From positions 1,050 to 65,049 of IMG/VR virus record IMGVR_UViG_3300036832_000975: a stretch of DNA of 64,000 nt; one strand, 5' to 3'. The notes under the pieces were generated by a model. The model did no database searches and had not been told where the DNA came from. It saw only the letters and a list, made by a program, of their open reading frames with translations. Below, piece by piece: positions 10,777 through 21,920 of the stretch. The stretch comes from a virus. The position numbers were made by a program, and so were the translations under genes. Numbering within the stretch: position 1 is the stretch's first letter; every line of letters starts with the position of its first letter.

Positions 10777-11331
10777 ATGTTGCCGATTCCTCGCGCGAAG
10801 TCGCTGCTGGTTCCCGATCGGCGATTGCTGGTACCTGAGGCCGGACAGATCATTGGCGGGCGCTTCCTCGGGAAAATCATCCGGGCGAGAGAGGTGATCG
10901 ACGAGTTTGAATGTAAAAACATCGTTGTCAATCAAGGACTTAACTACCTCCTGGGGGCTTCGCTCGGAGCTCAGTCGGTGGTGTCCTCGTGGTTTATCGG
11001 CCTGTTCTCCAATAATTACACCATCTTGGCGAGCGATACAGCAGCCACGATCGCAGCGAATTCCGGTGAGGTGACGCAGTACACGGCTGGAACCAGGCAA
11101 GCCTGGAGTTCGGCGCCTCCGTCAGCTCAGTCGATCACCAACGCGGCGACTCAGGCGTCGTTCACGTTCAATGCGACGCTGACGGTTTACGGCGCATTCC
11201 TGATCTCGTCCTCGGCGATCAACGGCACCAGCGGCACGTTGTTCGCGGGCGCGCAGTTCGGCTCGCCGAAGTCGGTGGTCAGCTCGGACATCCTGCAGCT
11301 GACGTACACCTTCACCGCAGCATCTGCGTAA
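10777..11331 (+). CDS. Phage tail/fibre-associated structural protein
   Basis: NIVVNQGLNYLL, WFIGL, TVYGAFL and DILQLTYTF motifs of a common phage tail family. Confidence 0.65.
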   Translation: MLPIPRAKSLLVPDRRLLVPEAGQIIGGRFLGKIIRAREVIDEFECKNIVVNQGLNYLLGASLGAQSVVSSWFIGLFSNNYTILASDTAATIAANSGEVTQYTAGTRQAWSSAPPSAQSITNAATQASFTFNATLTVYGAFLISSSAINGTSGTLFAGAQFGSPKSVVSSDILQLTYTFTAASA

Positions 11332-11345
11332 GACAGGGGGCCATC

Positions 11346-11780
11346 ATGGCTGGCGGTAAGGGCAGTACGTTCGATAACGATCTCCTTAAACTAATTTTGA
11401 ATGGTGTCGCGATTGCCAATATTGCGGACAACGCAGCGTCGAGCCCGTTGACGAATTTGTATCTTTCGCTTCACACGGCTGATCCCGGCGCAGGTGGGAG
11501 CCAGACCACCAGCGAGGCGACCTATGGCGCCTATACTCGGATGGCGGTACCGCGCACGTCGTCGGGCTTCACGGTGTCCGGCACGTCAGCGACGCTGACG
11601 TCGTCAGTGGTTTTTCCGACTGCGACCGGCGGTAGCGAGACAGAGACCTGGTCTGCACTTGGTACAACGATAACCGGAGCTGGCAAAATCCTCTATCGTG
11701 GACCGATCACACCAAGCCTCTCAGTTTCGACGGGTGTATCGCCGCAGCTCACGACTGGGACAACGATAACAGAAAGCTGA
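11346..11780 (+). CDS. Fibre-associated protein (LHTADPG family), paralog 1
   Basis: NDLLKLILNG..IADNAA..LYLSLHTADPG..SEATY..Y.R.AV.R; aligns by eye with 58853-59290. Confidence 0.7.
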   Translation: MAGGKGSTFDNDLLKLILNGVAIANIADNAASSPLTNLYLSLHTADPGAGGSQTTSEATYGAYTRMAVPRTSSGFTVSGTSATLTSSVVFPTATGGSETETWSALGTTITGAGKILYRGPITPSLSVSTGVSPQLTTGTTITES

Positions 11781-11784
11781 TCCC

Positions 11785-13308
11785 GTGGCAGATTGGTATG
11801 TTTCGTCGGTAGCCTGGGCCGCAATTTCTCAGTTTGCGGCAAGTCACGCCTACAGCATCGGCGATGTTGTCAGACCTTTAACGACGCCTGCGGCTGGTAA
11901 GGAATACGCTTTCCGGTGCACGACGGCGGGGACTTCCAGCACCGAGCCCGCCTGGCCGACCGCCAACAACGGCACGGTCGCCACGGGCGGGGCGACGTTC
12001 ACCAACGTCACGGGCCAGAGCACTTACGGCTGGGGCGCCGCGGCAGGCACGCTGTTCGCCCTGACCTATGCTACGGCGTTTGTGACCCGTCCGGTGGTCG
12101 GCGATCGGGTGTTTCTGTCGAGCGACCACAGCGAGAGCGTCACTGGAGATCGCACATACGCGTTCAACACGAACACCGGCGCATTCGGGGTCATCGAGTT
12201 TCTTTCTGTTAACCGTGCGGGTTCGGTGCCGCCAGTTGCAGCTGATCTCACGGCCGGCGCAGCCATCAGCATTACGTCCACTGCGTCTAATAGTCTGACG
12301 CTGGATGCGTACTGTAGTTACTACTGGCAAGGCGTCAACTTCAGTGTCGTCGGGGCGTCGGCGGGAGCGATGCAATTCAACACCAGCGGCACGAAGGTTA
12401 ATTATCTAAAGAATTGCGCCATAAGTTTTGCCAACGGCTCTATGAGGAGTGGCAACACTGCGAAGGTCGTATTCGACAATACGACTGTTCAATTCGGAGC
12501 AGCTGGCAACTCCATTCAGACCTCCACCGCCACGTTCGACCTCGTCTGGCTGAACACATCCTCGGCGGTTGTCGGCCCGACCTACCCGACGAACTTGTTC
12601 ACCTTGGGCTCCGGGCAGTTCTCGATCGCATGTCGCGGCGTGGACCTCAGCGCCATCACCGGCACCTTGGTGGCGCCTGGTTCCGGAGGCGGCGTCAAGG
12701 CGCTTTTTGATAGCTGCAAGATTGCATCTAGCGTTGTCCGCTACCCTTCGTCCAGCGGCACTCTTGCTGTTGAAGAGGTCGAGCTGGTGAACTGCTGGGA
12801 CGGCACCAACGTGCTCAACGAGCGATACACTCCTGCTGGTGGGATCACCACAGACCACAGCACCTACCTCAGCGGTGGGGCGCAGGACGACGTCGGCAAT
12901 TACAGCCTCAAGCTGGTGTCGAATACACGTTCGGACTTCTGCGCACTGCCACTCGATTGTTTCATATTCGACGTGGAGAATACACCGACAGGATCATCCA
13001 AGACGGCCACGGTGGAGATCATCTCCTCGGGCACGCTCAACAACAACGACATCAGGCTATTGCTGGAATACATGGGCGCGTCAGGCAATCCAGTCGCCAG
13101 CTTCGTCGACAGTCTGGCGACCGTACTGACCGCCGCATCGGCGTTGTCGTCGTCTTCGAGCACCTGGAACAGCCCGCCGTCGACGCCGCAGAAACAGTTG
13201 CTGCAGGCGACCTTCACGCCGCAACGGGCGGGACGGGTGCGTGGCCTGGTGAGGTTGGGCAAGGTCTCCAGCACAGTCTGGATCAACCCGCAGATTGCGA
13301 TAACGTGA
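11785..13308 (+). CDS. Tail fibre / receptor-binding protein
   Basis: GTG start; AY.IGD.VRP..YAFRCTTAGTS..EP.WP carbohydrate-binding-like motif, then beta-helix-like body. Confidence 0.65.
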   Translation: MADWYVSSVAWAAISQFAASHAYSIGDVVRPLTTPAAGKEYAFRCTTAGTSSTEPAWPTANNGTVATGGATFTNVTGQSTYGWGAAAGTLFALTYATAFVTRPVVGDRVFLSSDHSESVTGDRTYAFNTNTGAFGVIEFLSVNRAGSVPPVAADLTAGAAISITSTASNSLTLDAYCSYYWQGVNFSVVGASAGAMQFNTSGTKVNYLKNCAISFANGSMRSGNTAKVVFDNTTVQFGAAGNSIQTSTATFDLVWLNTSSAVVGPTYPTNLFTLGSGQFSIACRGVDLSAITGTLVAPGSGGGVKALFDSCKIASSVVRYPSSSGTLAVEEVELVNCWDGTNVLNERYTPAGGITTDHSTYLSGGAQDDVGNYSLKLVSNTRSDFCALPLDCFIFDVENTPTGSSKTATVEIISSGTLNNNDIRLLLEYMGASGNPVASFVDSLATVLTAASALSSSSSTWNSPPSTPQKQLLQATFTPQRAGRVRGLVRLGKVSSTVWINPQIAIT

Positions 13309-13312
13309 AGCC

Positions 13313-15136
13313 GTGGCTAGCACCTATGTCATTAGCTCGCCGCGGGCCGGCATAGGTTCAACGGTCGTCCAAGAGACGGCACGCGGTACTTACGTTGCCA
13401 ACGATTTCATCATTTACGAGACCTCCATCATTCCTGCGCCAGGTGCGGCGCAGATGGACGGCGTGGCGAGCGTCTCCTTTGCTGGTCACACTGTAGTCGC
13501 ACGCGCTGCGCAGATGGATGGCCACGCCGATGTGTTTGCCACTGGCGCCTTTTTGGCGCCTGGCGCAGCTAATATGAACGGCGTTGCGTCCGTCACCGTC
13601 AACAGCCTCACACTGTTGGGCGGTTACGCTCGTATGGACGGCCGAGCTCAGGTACAGGCCGCCAGCACTACTTTTGCTTCGGGCGCAGCCAACATGGACG
13701 GCCGCGCTTCGGAGGTGGTTGCGCAAAGCGTCCTTGGTGCGGGCCTCGCCGAATTCGGTGGCGCTGCCTCGATGATCGCGGTCGCGCCGCATAGATTCAA
13801 TGTCGCCATGCTGGAGAATATCATCGGCAGCGGAACTACATTACTTCGCACTGGTTATAGGGCTACTATGCTGCAAGGTATTGTCGGCGGCGAACTTCTG
13901 AAGCCTTTGGCTCATTATAGATGGACGTTTCACGATACCATTAATTCGGCTGGTTCTATAAGCTATCACATGAAGTTTATACGGACACTCCGGGATGTCG
14001 TTATTACCCTGACTCCGAGTTTGAAGCCGCATTCGCAATTTCACTATGTCTTTACTTCTCCGATCAGTGTGCGACCGACATTGGCTTCGGAATGGTTTGC
14101 GGTTCTTAGCTTGGTGCAGAATTTGCTCGTAGGTCAAACTATGAGCCCAAAGTTCATCTGGGGCCGGGTGCTGACGCAGGCGATCAAAATCTCTGTTGCC
14201 TTGGGTTCCAGAGGGCAGCATGAAGTAATTTTGGCACAGCTGCTCGAGCTTGCCGAGGTCGAAGGTTTCAAGCTCAGGCACCCTGTCACTCTGAGCCAGA
14301 ACATCGATCTATCCTCGTTGCCAGTCGGCGGGATCAGCTTAAAATTGTTGCAGAAACTCCTAGTAGCAGCAACGGTAGCACCGGCGTTCAGCTATCACTT
14401 CACGCTCGCTGGTCGGATAATCGCCGACGATATTCTCGAACATCTCGTCGGCGAGATATTGGCGGAGCTGTTCACTGTACATGATACCCTGGGTCGGCAA
14501 TTCGTTTCGAACAGTTTGCTGGCGCAGTTGCTTACTGTGCAGCCGGCTCTTACCAACACGCTGGTTTTGAAGATCGTCGGGGATATCCAGCTGAGTCCGG
14601 AACAGCTGGTGAGCATGCTGTATCGGGGCGACGAGCTACTGGACGGCGTGACGATTACCGCACTGTACATCAGTCCTTCTGGAACAACCACGACCTGGGC
14701 GGTGAATACCAGGACTAATGCGGTTACCGAGTATATGAATTACGATTTTAGGTCGTTTACGAAGATGGGTGATCGATACATTGCGGCTGGTTCCGATGGG
14801 CTGTATGAGCTGGACGGCGACACCGACGACGGCAAGCTGATCATCTCCGAGTTGATGAGCGGGTATCTCCAGCTCAACGAGAAGAAGCTGTTCGGCATCA
14901 AGGGAGCTTACGTGGCGATCCGCGGCGGTGGAAGATTTTACCTGAAGCTGATCGCTGGCGACGGACGCACGTATGTTTATGAACTCAAATCTCAACCCAA
15001 CTTGATGACGACGAAGGTCAAAGTCGGTAAGGGCATCAGCACGACCTACATGGCTTTCGATCTCGTGACCGAGGGCCAGGACTTCGATCTGGATAGTCTC
15101 GAGTTCATTCCGATGACGCGCGGAAGGAGAGTATGA
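13313..15136 (+). CDS. Tail structural protein with Gly/Ala repeats
   Basis: Repeated GAA(Q/N)M(D/N)G.ASV units; conserved-looking C-terminus WAVNTRTNAVTEY.NYDF..GLYELDGDTDDG. Confidence 0.6.
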   Translation: MASTYVISSPRAGIGSTVVQETARGTYVANDFIIYETSIIPAPGAAQMDGVASVSFAGHTVVARAAQMDGHADVFATGAFLAPGAANMNGVASVTVNSLTLLGGYARMDGRAQVQAASTTFASGAANMDGRASEVVAQSVLGAGLAEFGGAASMIAVAPHRFNVAMLENIIGSGTTLLRTGYRATMLQGIVGGELLKPLAHYRWTFHDTINSAGSISYHMKFIRTLRDVVITLTPSLKPHSQFHYVFTSPISVRPTLASEWFAVLSLVQNLLVGQTMSPKFIWGRVLTQAIKISVALGSRGQHEVILAQLLELAEVEGFKLRHPVTLSQNIDLSSLPVGGISLKLLQKLLVAATVAPAFSYHFTLAGRIIADDILEHLVGEILAELFTVHDTLGRQFVSNSLLAQLLTVQPALTNTLVLKIVGDIQLSPEQLVSMLYRGDELLDGVTITALYISPSGTTTTWAVNTRTNAVTEYMNYDFRSFTKMGDRYIAAGSDGLYELDGDTDDGKLIISELMSGYLQLNEKKLFGIKGAYVAIRGGGRFYLKLIAGDGRTYVYELKSQPNLMTTKVKVGKGISTTYMAFDLVTEGQDFDLDSLEFIPMTRGRRV

Positions 15137-15306
15137 TGCAGAATATTGGGTTAGTGCTCATGGTGTTCGGCTTCGTATGCGCGGTGCTGGCTGCGGTGTG
15201 GCAACCACAACCAGCTCCATGGTGGCATCTCGGGTGGGCTGCGATTGCGTTCTGGCTGGCGGCCGAGATTTTCGGCGGCGTCGGACGCCTGTTCGGCACG
15301 CATTGA
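15133..15306 (+). CDS. 57-aa two-TM membrane protein, holin candidate (not in ORF track)
   Basis: MMQNIGLVLMVFGFVCAVLAAVWQPQPAPWWHLGWAAIAFWLAAEIFGGVGRLFGTH*; SD AGGAG; ATGA overlap with upstream stop. Confidence 0.55.
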   Translation: MMQNIGLVLMVFGFVCAVLAAVWQPQPAPWWHLGWAAIAFWLAAEIFGGVGRLFGTH

Positions 15307-15312
15307 TCCGTC

Positions 15313-15983
<671 letters not shown>

Positions 15984-15984
<1 letters not shown>

Positions 15985-17294
15985 TGAGCTATCTAATTAT
16001 TAATCCCGAGACTGACATGGATATGAGTAAGGCCGTCATATCAGTCTGGTTCAGGATACCAAAAGAATCAGCCGATGCCGTTCGTGCAGAAGTTCCGCCA
16101 TATTATCCCTGGACGGTAATGTGGGGAGTGATTCCAATTATCACGTGGGGACCGCAGCCAATGGCGGGGACCGGCACGGATACACCAGTCTATCAAAAAG
16201 CTCTTCAATTTCCGAGTAACCCGATCGTCGTACATAAGATTACATTCGAGGGTCCGCCTCGGCCAGTAAGTCCTTCTTTTATTGGTGTGTTTGTTGGTGG
16301 TAAAGATAACAATCCTGACGCTCAACTACTGATGGTTAACATCCAGACTGCAACTTTTGCTACCGGTAAGGGCCTATATACACCAGTCACAGGCTGGAGT
16401 GGAACTGATACTGGGTTTGTTTTACAGGTGCCTATTGATAGTCCGTATCTGGGCGATCCTATTTATATAAACGTGGAATATACAACGACAGATATGAGCA
16501 ACGAATATCTGGCATTGAAGCCAGATTCTTTTGGCACGACAACTTCTAACCATGTTACTGTGGCTTTCGATAAGTGGCATCATTTATTAATCTCATGGGA
16601 CCTTAATGACCGTAAAATGTGGTGCGCTCTTGATGACGTGAATTTAACTGGACGTGATTTGCCCGCGTGGAACGATCCATCTGCAGGAGATAACCCAAAT
16701 CAGAATTGGTCTAGTAACGAATTTGGCAACCAGCCGACTGAAAGTCGGCCTGATGTAGAAGTAACACTTACTAAAATAAATGTACCAGTTACACCTATTA
16801 ATATTCCGGCTGCAGAAGTTAAGTCAAATGAGGGTGATACGTTTGTCATTACTACTAAAAACCTGGTTAAGCATGTTGAGCTAGCAGAACTTTTGATGTT
16901 CACCGATATCACGCTGGATACTAGTATAGAAAATAACCGTCGTTTGTTCATCACCAAACCCAATAAAAAGGGGGAACAATTCCCGACCAACCCGTCACCG
17001 ATCTATATACCTATGCGCAAATTCGCTTTCGGCGATCCCGCGAACTGGGAGCCTGGTGCTGACAATCCCGCCTTTGTTCCTCCACTGTTCGACCCCAGCG
17101 CCACACCCACCTCGATCAAGGCTCTTTCGCGTGCGGAGAGCCGAGGCGGCACGGCGGACATCGACTTCACGAAATGTTGCATCAACTGGCAGATGGGGCG
17201 GAACCTGGGGATCGCCAAGTGTAAGGTTGAAAAAGTCGGGAAGATCAAGGCATATTTATCAGACCCCAAGATAAAAACCGACACCGGAGGCTAG
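15984..17294 (+). CDS. Hypothetical protein with LamG/ConA-like lectin motifs
   Basis: AVISVWFRIP and DKWHHLLISWD motifs; visibly more AT-rich than neighbours. Confidence 0.5.
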
Positions 17295-17297
17295 GTC

Positions 17298-19550
17298 ATG
17301 CCGTACGAATCACCGCGAGTCTGGGGCGACCCATCGGTCATGTTCGCCGAGTCCCAGCAACTGGTGGCTCTTGCCGAGGCGTTCATCCAGCAGCTCGAAG
17401 CACAGGCCGGTCAGCTTGCAGCGCCCACGATCAATGTGAACTTTCCGGTTGTCACTACACCCCCAGTGCCGGGGAGCGTGCCGGGTCCGCCTTTGCAGCA
17501 GGTGACCTGGACCGTTCCGACTCAGCCTCCGCCGTTCAACGGGTCGGTGGATTTATCTGGTATAACCATACCGCCCTTTACTGGTGTTGCGCCGAGTCTG
17601 TCGTTCGGCGTCGCGCCGGCGCCGTTCACAGGTACCGTGCCCGATGCGCCGGTCACCAACCTGGATTTCACCTACCCAACCGTCGCCGTCACGTTGCCAA
17701 CTCCGCCACCGTTGATGACTCTCGACACGGTGAATTTCCCGACCATCACGGTCCCCCCTTTCAATGCGAACGTGCCAGCGCTCATCGCCGTGGCGCCCGG
17801 ACCGTTCAACTACACACCTGGTGCACTCTATACCTCGCAACTTCTGACTGATCTCGAAGAAGACCTCGACCTGGCGATTACCACCGGGGAGTACACCTAC
17901 CTCAACAAGCAGGCCCAGCAGGCACTGTGGGATGCCGGCCGCGAGCGTGAATACAGGCAACAAGCCGCGGCGCTGGCTGAGCTGAACAGGATGGAGGTCC
18001 TGGGTTACGCGTTTCCTCCAGGGGTGTTCGTCGACGCCAGGATCAAGATACAGACTGAGACAAATTATACGTTGGCTGGCTTGTCTCGCGACATCATGAC
18101 GAAGCAGGCCGAGCTGCAGCTCACCAACATCGTCAAGGCCAGGGAGAACGCGACTGCCCTAGAAGGACAGCTGATCCAGTACGCCAACCAGAACGCGCAG
18201 CGTGCGTTCGAGGCGGCCAAGTATGCGACCGAGGCCGCCATCGCGCTCTACAATGCGCAGGTGCAGGCGTACACGGCGTCGCTGGAGGCGTACAAGACTC
18301 AGGCGTTGGTTTACGACACCCAGATCAAGGGGCTCCTGGCGCAGATTCAGATAACTCAGGCGCAGATCGAGTACGAGAAGACCAAGGCCAGCATCAACAC
18401 TTCGCTGGTCCAGCAATACGCGACCGAGGTCCAGGCTGCCGAGGCTGTTCTGCAGATTTACAAGACTCAGGTCGAGATCATCCAGACTCAGGCCAGCGTC
18501 GAGAAGATCAAGGTCGACATCTACGGCGCCGAAATCCAGGCGTTCGTCGGTAAGATCAACGCCTACACGGCCGAGGTCGAAGGCTACAAGGCGAGCATCG
18601 AGGCGCAGGCGACGATCGAGCAGGCGTATAAAACTTCAGTGGATGCATATACTGCCGAGGTCAACGCGGGCGTGGCGCAGATCAATGCGCGGGTCGCCGT
18701 ATTTCATAGTCAAGTGGAAGCTTTCCAGGCGCAGCTCTCGGGGTATGACTCTGCCATCAAAGGAATGATCGGTCAGGCTCAGGCCGCGTCCTTGTTCAAC
18801 ACCGCGACGGCCGAAGTGTTCAAGGCTCAGGTCGCTGCGATGCAGAGCTACAACCAGGTGCTGACTTCCCAGTGGGAAGCAATAATGAACGAGCAGGCGC
18901 AGATCACCCAAATTGCAGTATCTGCTGCCAAGGCCAACGGAGACCTTTACATCTCCGCACGTGGTCTGAGTCTCGATGCTTCCAAGGTGGGGGCCCAGGT
19001 TTGCGCCCAGCTGGGCGCCGCAGCTCTTGGCGCGATCAGCTGGCACAACTCATCGCAGTGGTCGTCGAACATGCAGTCGAGTGATAGCGATAACAAGAAC
19101 GATAATGTCAGCGTCAATACCAACACCAGCACCAGCCAAAGCACTAGCGCTAGCACGAGCAATAACGTCAACCAAAGTAATAATACTAGTTTTAGTAGTA
19201 GCGTTAGTACTGCTAACAGCAATACAAATAGCAATAGCAACGTAAACAGTAACTCTAATACGAATAGCAATAGCAATAGCAATAGCAATGTTAACAGTAA
19301 CACGAATGCCAACAGCAACATAAATAGTAACACGAACGCCAACACCAATAGCAGCAGCAACATTAATAGCAACACGAATGCCAACACTAATAGCAATACG
19401 AACGCCAACACCAATAGTAACAGTAACATTAATAGTAACACGAACAGTAACAGTAATATCAACAGCAACACGAACGCCAACAGCAACGTCAATAGTGAGA
19501 TTAACTCAACGTCTAATAACGAAAACCACAACTTCAATACGGCTGAGTAG
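17298..19550 (+). CDS. Virion protein: Pro/Thr-rich N-terminus, coiled coil, Asn/Ser-repeat tail
   Basis: Ala/Gln/Tyr heptad-like centre; about 155-aa (N-x)n C-terminus. Confidence 0.7.
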   Translation: MPYESPRVWGDPSVMFAESQQLVALAEAFIQQLEAQAGQLAAPTINVNFPVVTTPPVPGSVPGPPLQQVTWTVPTQPPPFNGSVDLSGITIPPFTGVAPSLSFGVAPAPFTGTVPDAPVTNLDFTYPTVAVTLPTPPPLMTLDTVNFPTITVPPFNANVPALIAVAPGPFNYTPGALYTSQLLTDLEEDLDLAITTGEYTYLNKQAQQALWDAGREREYRQQAAALAELNRMEVLGYAFPPGVFVDARIKIQTETNYTLAGLSRDIMTKQAELQLTNIVKARENATALEGQLIQYANQNAQRAFEAAKYATEAAIALYNAQVQAYTASLEAYKTQALVYDTQIKGLLAQIQITQAQIEYEKTKASINTSLVQQYATEVQAAEAVLQIYKTQVEIIQTQASVEKIKVDIYGAEIQAFVGKINAYTAEVEGYKASIEAQATIEQAYKTSVDAYTAEVNAGVAQINARVAVFHSQVEAFQAQLSGYDSAIKGMIGQAQAASLFNTATAEVFKAQVAAMQSYNQVLTSQWEAIMNEQAQITQIAVSAAKANGDLYISARGLSLDASKVGAQVCAQLGAAALGAISWHNSSQWSSNMQSSDSDNKNDNVSVNTNTSTSQSTSASTSNNVNQSNNTSFSSSVSTANSNTNSNSNVNSNSNTNSNSNSNSNVNSNTNANSNINSNTNANTNSSSNINSNTNANTNSNTNANTNSNSNINSNTNSNSNINSNTNANSNVNSEINSTSNNENHNFNTAE

Positions 19551-19562
19551 GAGCAATCTACT

Positions 19563-21920
19563 ATGCCCAACCTTCCTCCTAGTTTTAATCCTGGTTTTTA
19601 CGCCGAGCACTCCCGGCGGATGGATCGAAAGTACGACATCCTCGCCGAGCACTCCGCAGCTGACATGTTGCGGGCTCAGACTGATGCTTCGTCACTGCCG
19701 CAATATCGGGAAGCTTTGGGTTTCCATGCGCGCGGGGCGGGCCAGCTTAATCTTGAGCAGGCGGCTACCGAGTCTGCACGTCGGTACATGGACCCCGATT
19801 GGCTGCGCGGGGCGGCTATCAACATGATTGAAAAAGGGCAGTTACCGGGCTACTCCCGCACACCGGGCGCGGGAGCGCCTGAGTCCATGCCCTCCACAGT
19901 AGGATCGCCTGCGGGGCCACCTGCGCCGGTACAGTTTCAAACGCTGCCGGAGCAACCGGGTTATCCATTACAACGATCATCAGCAGTGTCGCCAGCGGGG
20001 GCTGCAGGGCCTACAGGACCTACAGGACCTACAGGGCAGCAACTGTCAGACCTTACGGACAGTCTGCTGTCGGGGACGCCGATGGAGCAAATGACGCCGG
20101 AGCAGCTGGGACCGCAGGGAGCGCAGCCTGCAACACAGGCTGAAACGCAGATGGGGCCAACGGCACAGCGAAGGTTGCAGCAGGCGCAAGCGCGACAGGG
20201 GCAGCAACCGGCATTACCGTCACTGTTGAGACCGACATCGGTCAGTACGGTACGTACGTCAGCAGTGAGACCTCTTTATGCTACAGGTAATTTTGGCTTC
20301 CGAAGGGGTATCGCCAACGTTCCTGGCTATGCAGAGGGGGATGCGGATGTTCTCTTGCGCCATCCACTCTTTGGTGCTCAGCTCGCGCGCGGTGGCGTAG
20401 GTGGCGCGCCCGGTGGGCTGCCTTCGGCCCTGCCGCCCGCACCCACGCCCGGGATAGCGACTGCGCCCGCACCCACGCCCGGGATAGCGACTGCACCCAT
20501 GCAGCCTGGCTCCTTCCCTGCACCAGACCCCTACTCGCCTGGTGCGCCGAGGGGCTCCAACTATGATCCAAACGCGACGACCGGCATACCAAATCTTGCG
20601 GGAATCTTTGATGCGGCCAGCCGGATGGTCAACCCAGAGAAGTTTAATGAGGCGCTTCAAAGTTTTCGCCCCTCTGAAAATATCGAGGATCGCCGCGGTG
20701 TAGCATCCGGACCTACAAGCCTGGGTCAATACTATACCAATCAAATGGTTGAAGGTGGCCGTGCACTCATTAACGACATCGGGACAGCGTTATTGGGCAA
20801 CATGGCCGCTCCCGGCAGTCTAGGAGCAGCGGCTGGCGTTAACAGCCTGCCAGGCGGTACTCCTGGTATTCTGGGTGGTATTTTTGGTGGTTCTACACCA
20901 GCACCCGCAGCACCCGCAGCACCCGCAGCACCCGCAGCACCCGCAGCACCCGTAGCACCCGCAAATGCTCCATCTCCACAATCGAATTATCGAAAAGGCA
21001 CTGCCAACGTTAAAGGTAAAAACGGCAAAGCAGGCAAGGCTGGTGGTCCGCCCAAGGGACTCGAAGCAATGCTACCCATGCTCCTGGCTGCGATGCAAAG
21101 GGGTGGCGGTGGTCCACCAGCAGGGGCGCCACCCGCGCCTCCTGGCGCAGGTCCAGGTCTCAAGAAGGGCTCCGCCAACGTCAAAGGGGGCAAATCGAAA
21201 TCAAGCAAGAGCAACCAGCCTGAGGGGCTCGAAGCGCTTCTGTCGGCGCTCGGGGCCGGGGCCAGAGGCGCGGATGGCGCCGCCGGCCCGCAGGCAGCGG
21301 ATGCTCTTCCTATGCCCATGGCACCGGGCGTCGCCGCGCCCTTCGCCCGCGGCACACCCCAGGTACGAGGGTACGCGGTAGGTGGCGAGATAATACCTGA
21401 ACGCCCTGATACGGGTCCCGGTTCTTTGCCGGTTCTACCAGCTAATCCAATCCCTACAGCACCTGGCAACTCATTCTTTCTGGGGCAAGGAGGAAGTGGG
21501 GTCGCACCAGTACCACGGAATTTAGATCCTGGTTTATCGCAACCACTGGGAACGTCACCTTTCAGCGGCAATCCGAACGCAGAACCTCGTAAGCTTGCCA
21601 GGGGCACATCCGGTGTACGAGGGTACGCGGGAGGTATGCCGGATGTGCCGCTGACCCGACCATTGCCGCCGCTGATGTCAATGGCTGCTTTTGCCAGGGG
21701 TACGCCCAGTGTGCAGCCAAGATCCAATTACCCGTTCGGCGCCGGTTATCTGTTCGGTCAGACCGCGGTACCGGGACAAGGCTCCGGGACGACCGACACG
21801 GTGCCGGCGATGCTGGCACCACATGAGGCAGTGCTCAACCGGGCCGCTGCCGATATGCTGGGCAGGGGCCTGATCTCGGCGCTGAATGCTCGGGGGGTCA
21901 AGCAAATGGGGATGCGCTAG
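19563..21920 (+). CDS. Pro/Gly/Ala-rich ejection / tape-measure-like protein
   Basis: C-terminal GSGTTDTVPAMLAPHEAVLNRAAADMLGRGLISALN motif typical of tape-measure/ejection proteins; repeated [FYL]x[RK]G[TIS]xxV. Confidence 0.6.
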   Translation: MPNLPPSFNPGFYAEHSRRMDRKYDILAEHSAADMLRAQTDASSLPQYREALGFHARGAGQLNLEQAATESARRYMDPDWLRGAAINMIEKGQLPGYSRTPGAGAPESMPSTVGSPAGPPAPVQFQTLPEQPGYPLQRSSAVSPAGAAGPTGPTGPTGQQLSDLTDSLLSGTPMEQMTPEQLGPQGAQPATQAETQMGPTAQRRLQQAQARQGQQPALPSLLRPTSVSTVRTSAVRPLYATGNFGFRRGIANVPGYAEGDADVLLRHPLFGAQLARGGVGGAPGGLPSALPPAPTPGIATAPAPTPGIATAPMQPGSFPAPDPYSPGAPRGSNYDPNATTGIPNLAGIFDAASRMVNPEKFNEALQSFRPSENIEDRRGVASGPTSLGQYYTNQMVEGGRALINDIGTALLGNMAAPGSLGAAAGVNSLPGGTPGILGGIFGGSTPAPAAPAAPAAPAAPAAPVAPANAPSPQSNYRKGTANVKGKNGKAGKAGGPPKGLEAMLPMLLAAMQRGGGGPPAGAPPAPPGAGPGLKKGSANVKGGKSKSSKSNQPEGLEALLSALGAGARGADGAAGPQAADALPMPMAPGVAAPFARGTPQVRGYAVGGEIIPERPDTGPGSLPVLPANPIPTAPGNSFFLGQGGSGVAPVPRNLDPGLSQPLGTSPFSGNPNAEPRKLARGTSGVRGYAGGMPDVPLTRPLPPLMSMAAFARGTPSVQPRSNYPFGAGYLFGQTAVPGQGSGTTDTVPAMLAPHEAVLNRAAADMLGRGLISALNARGVKQMGMR

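Noticed and set aside
18947-19570. Leu-rich 207-aa - strand ORF resembling a membrane protein
   Set aside because: Antisense shadow of the Asn/Ser repeat (AAT/AAC read as Leu/Val/Ile on the other strand).
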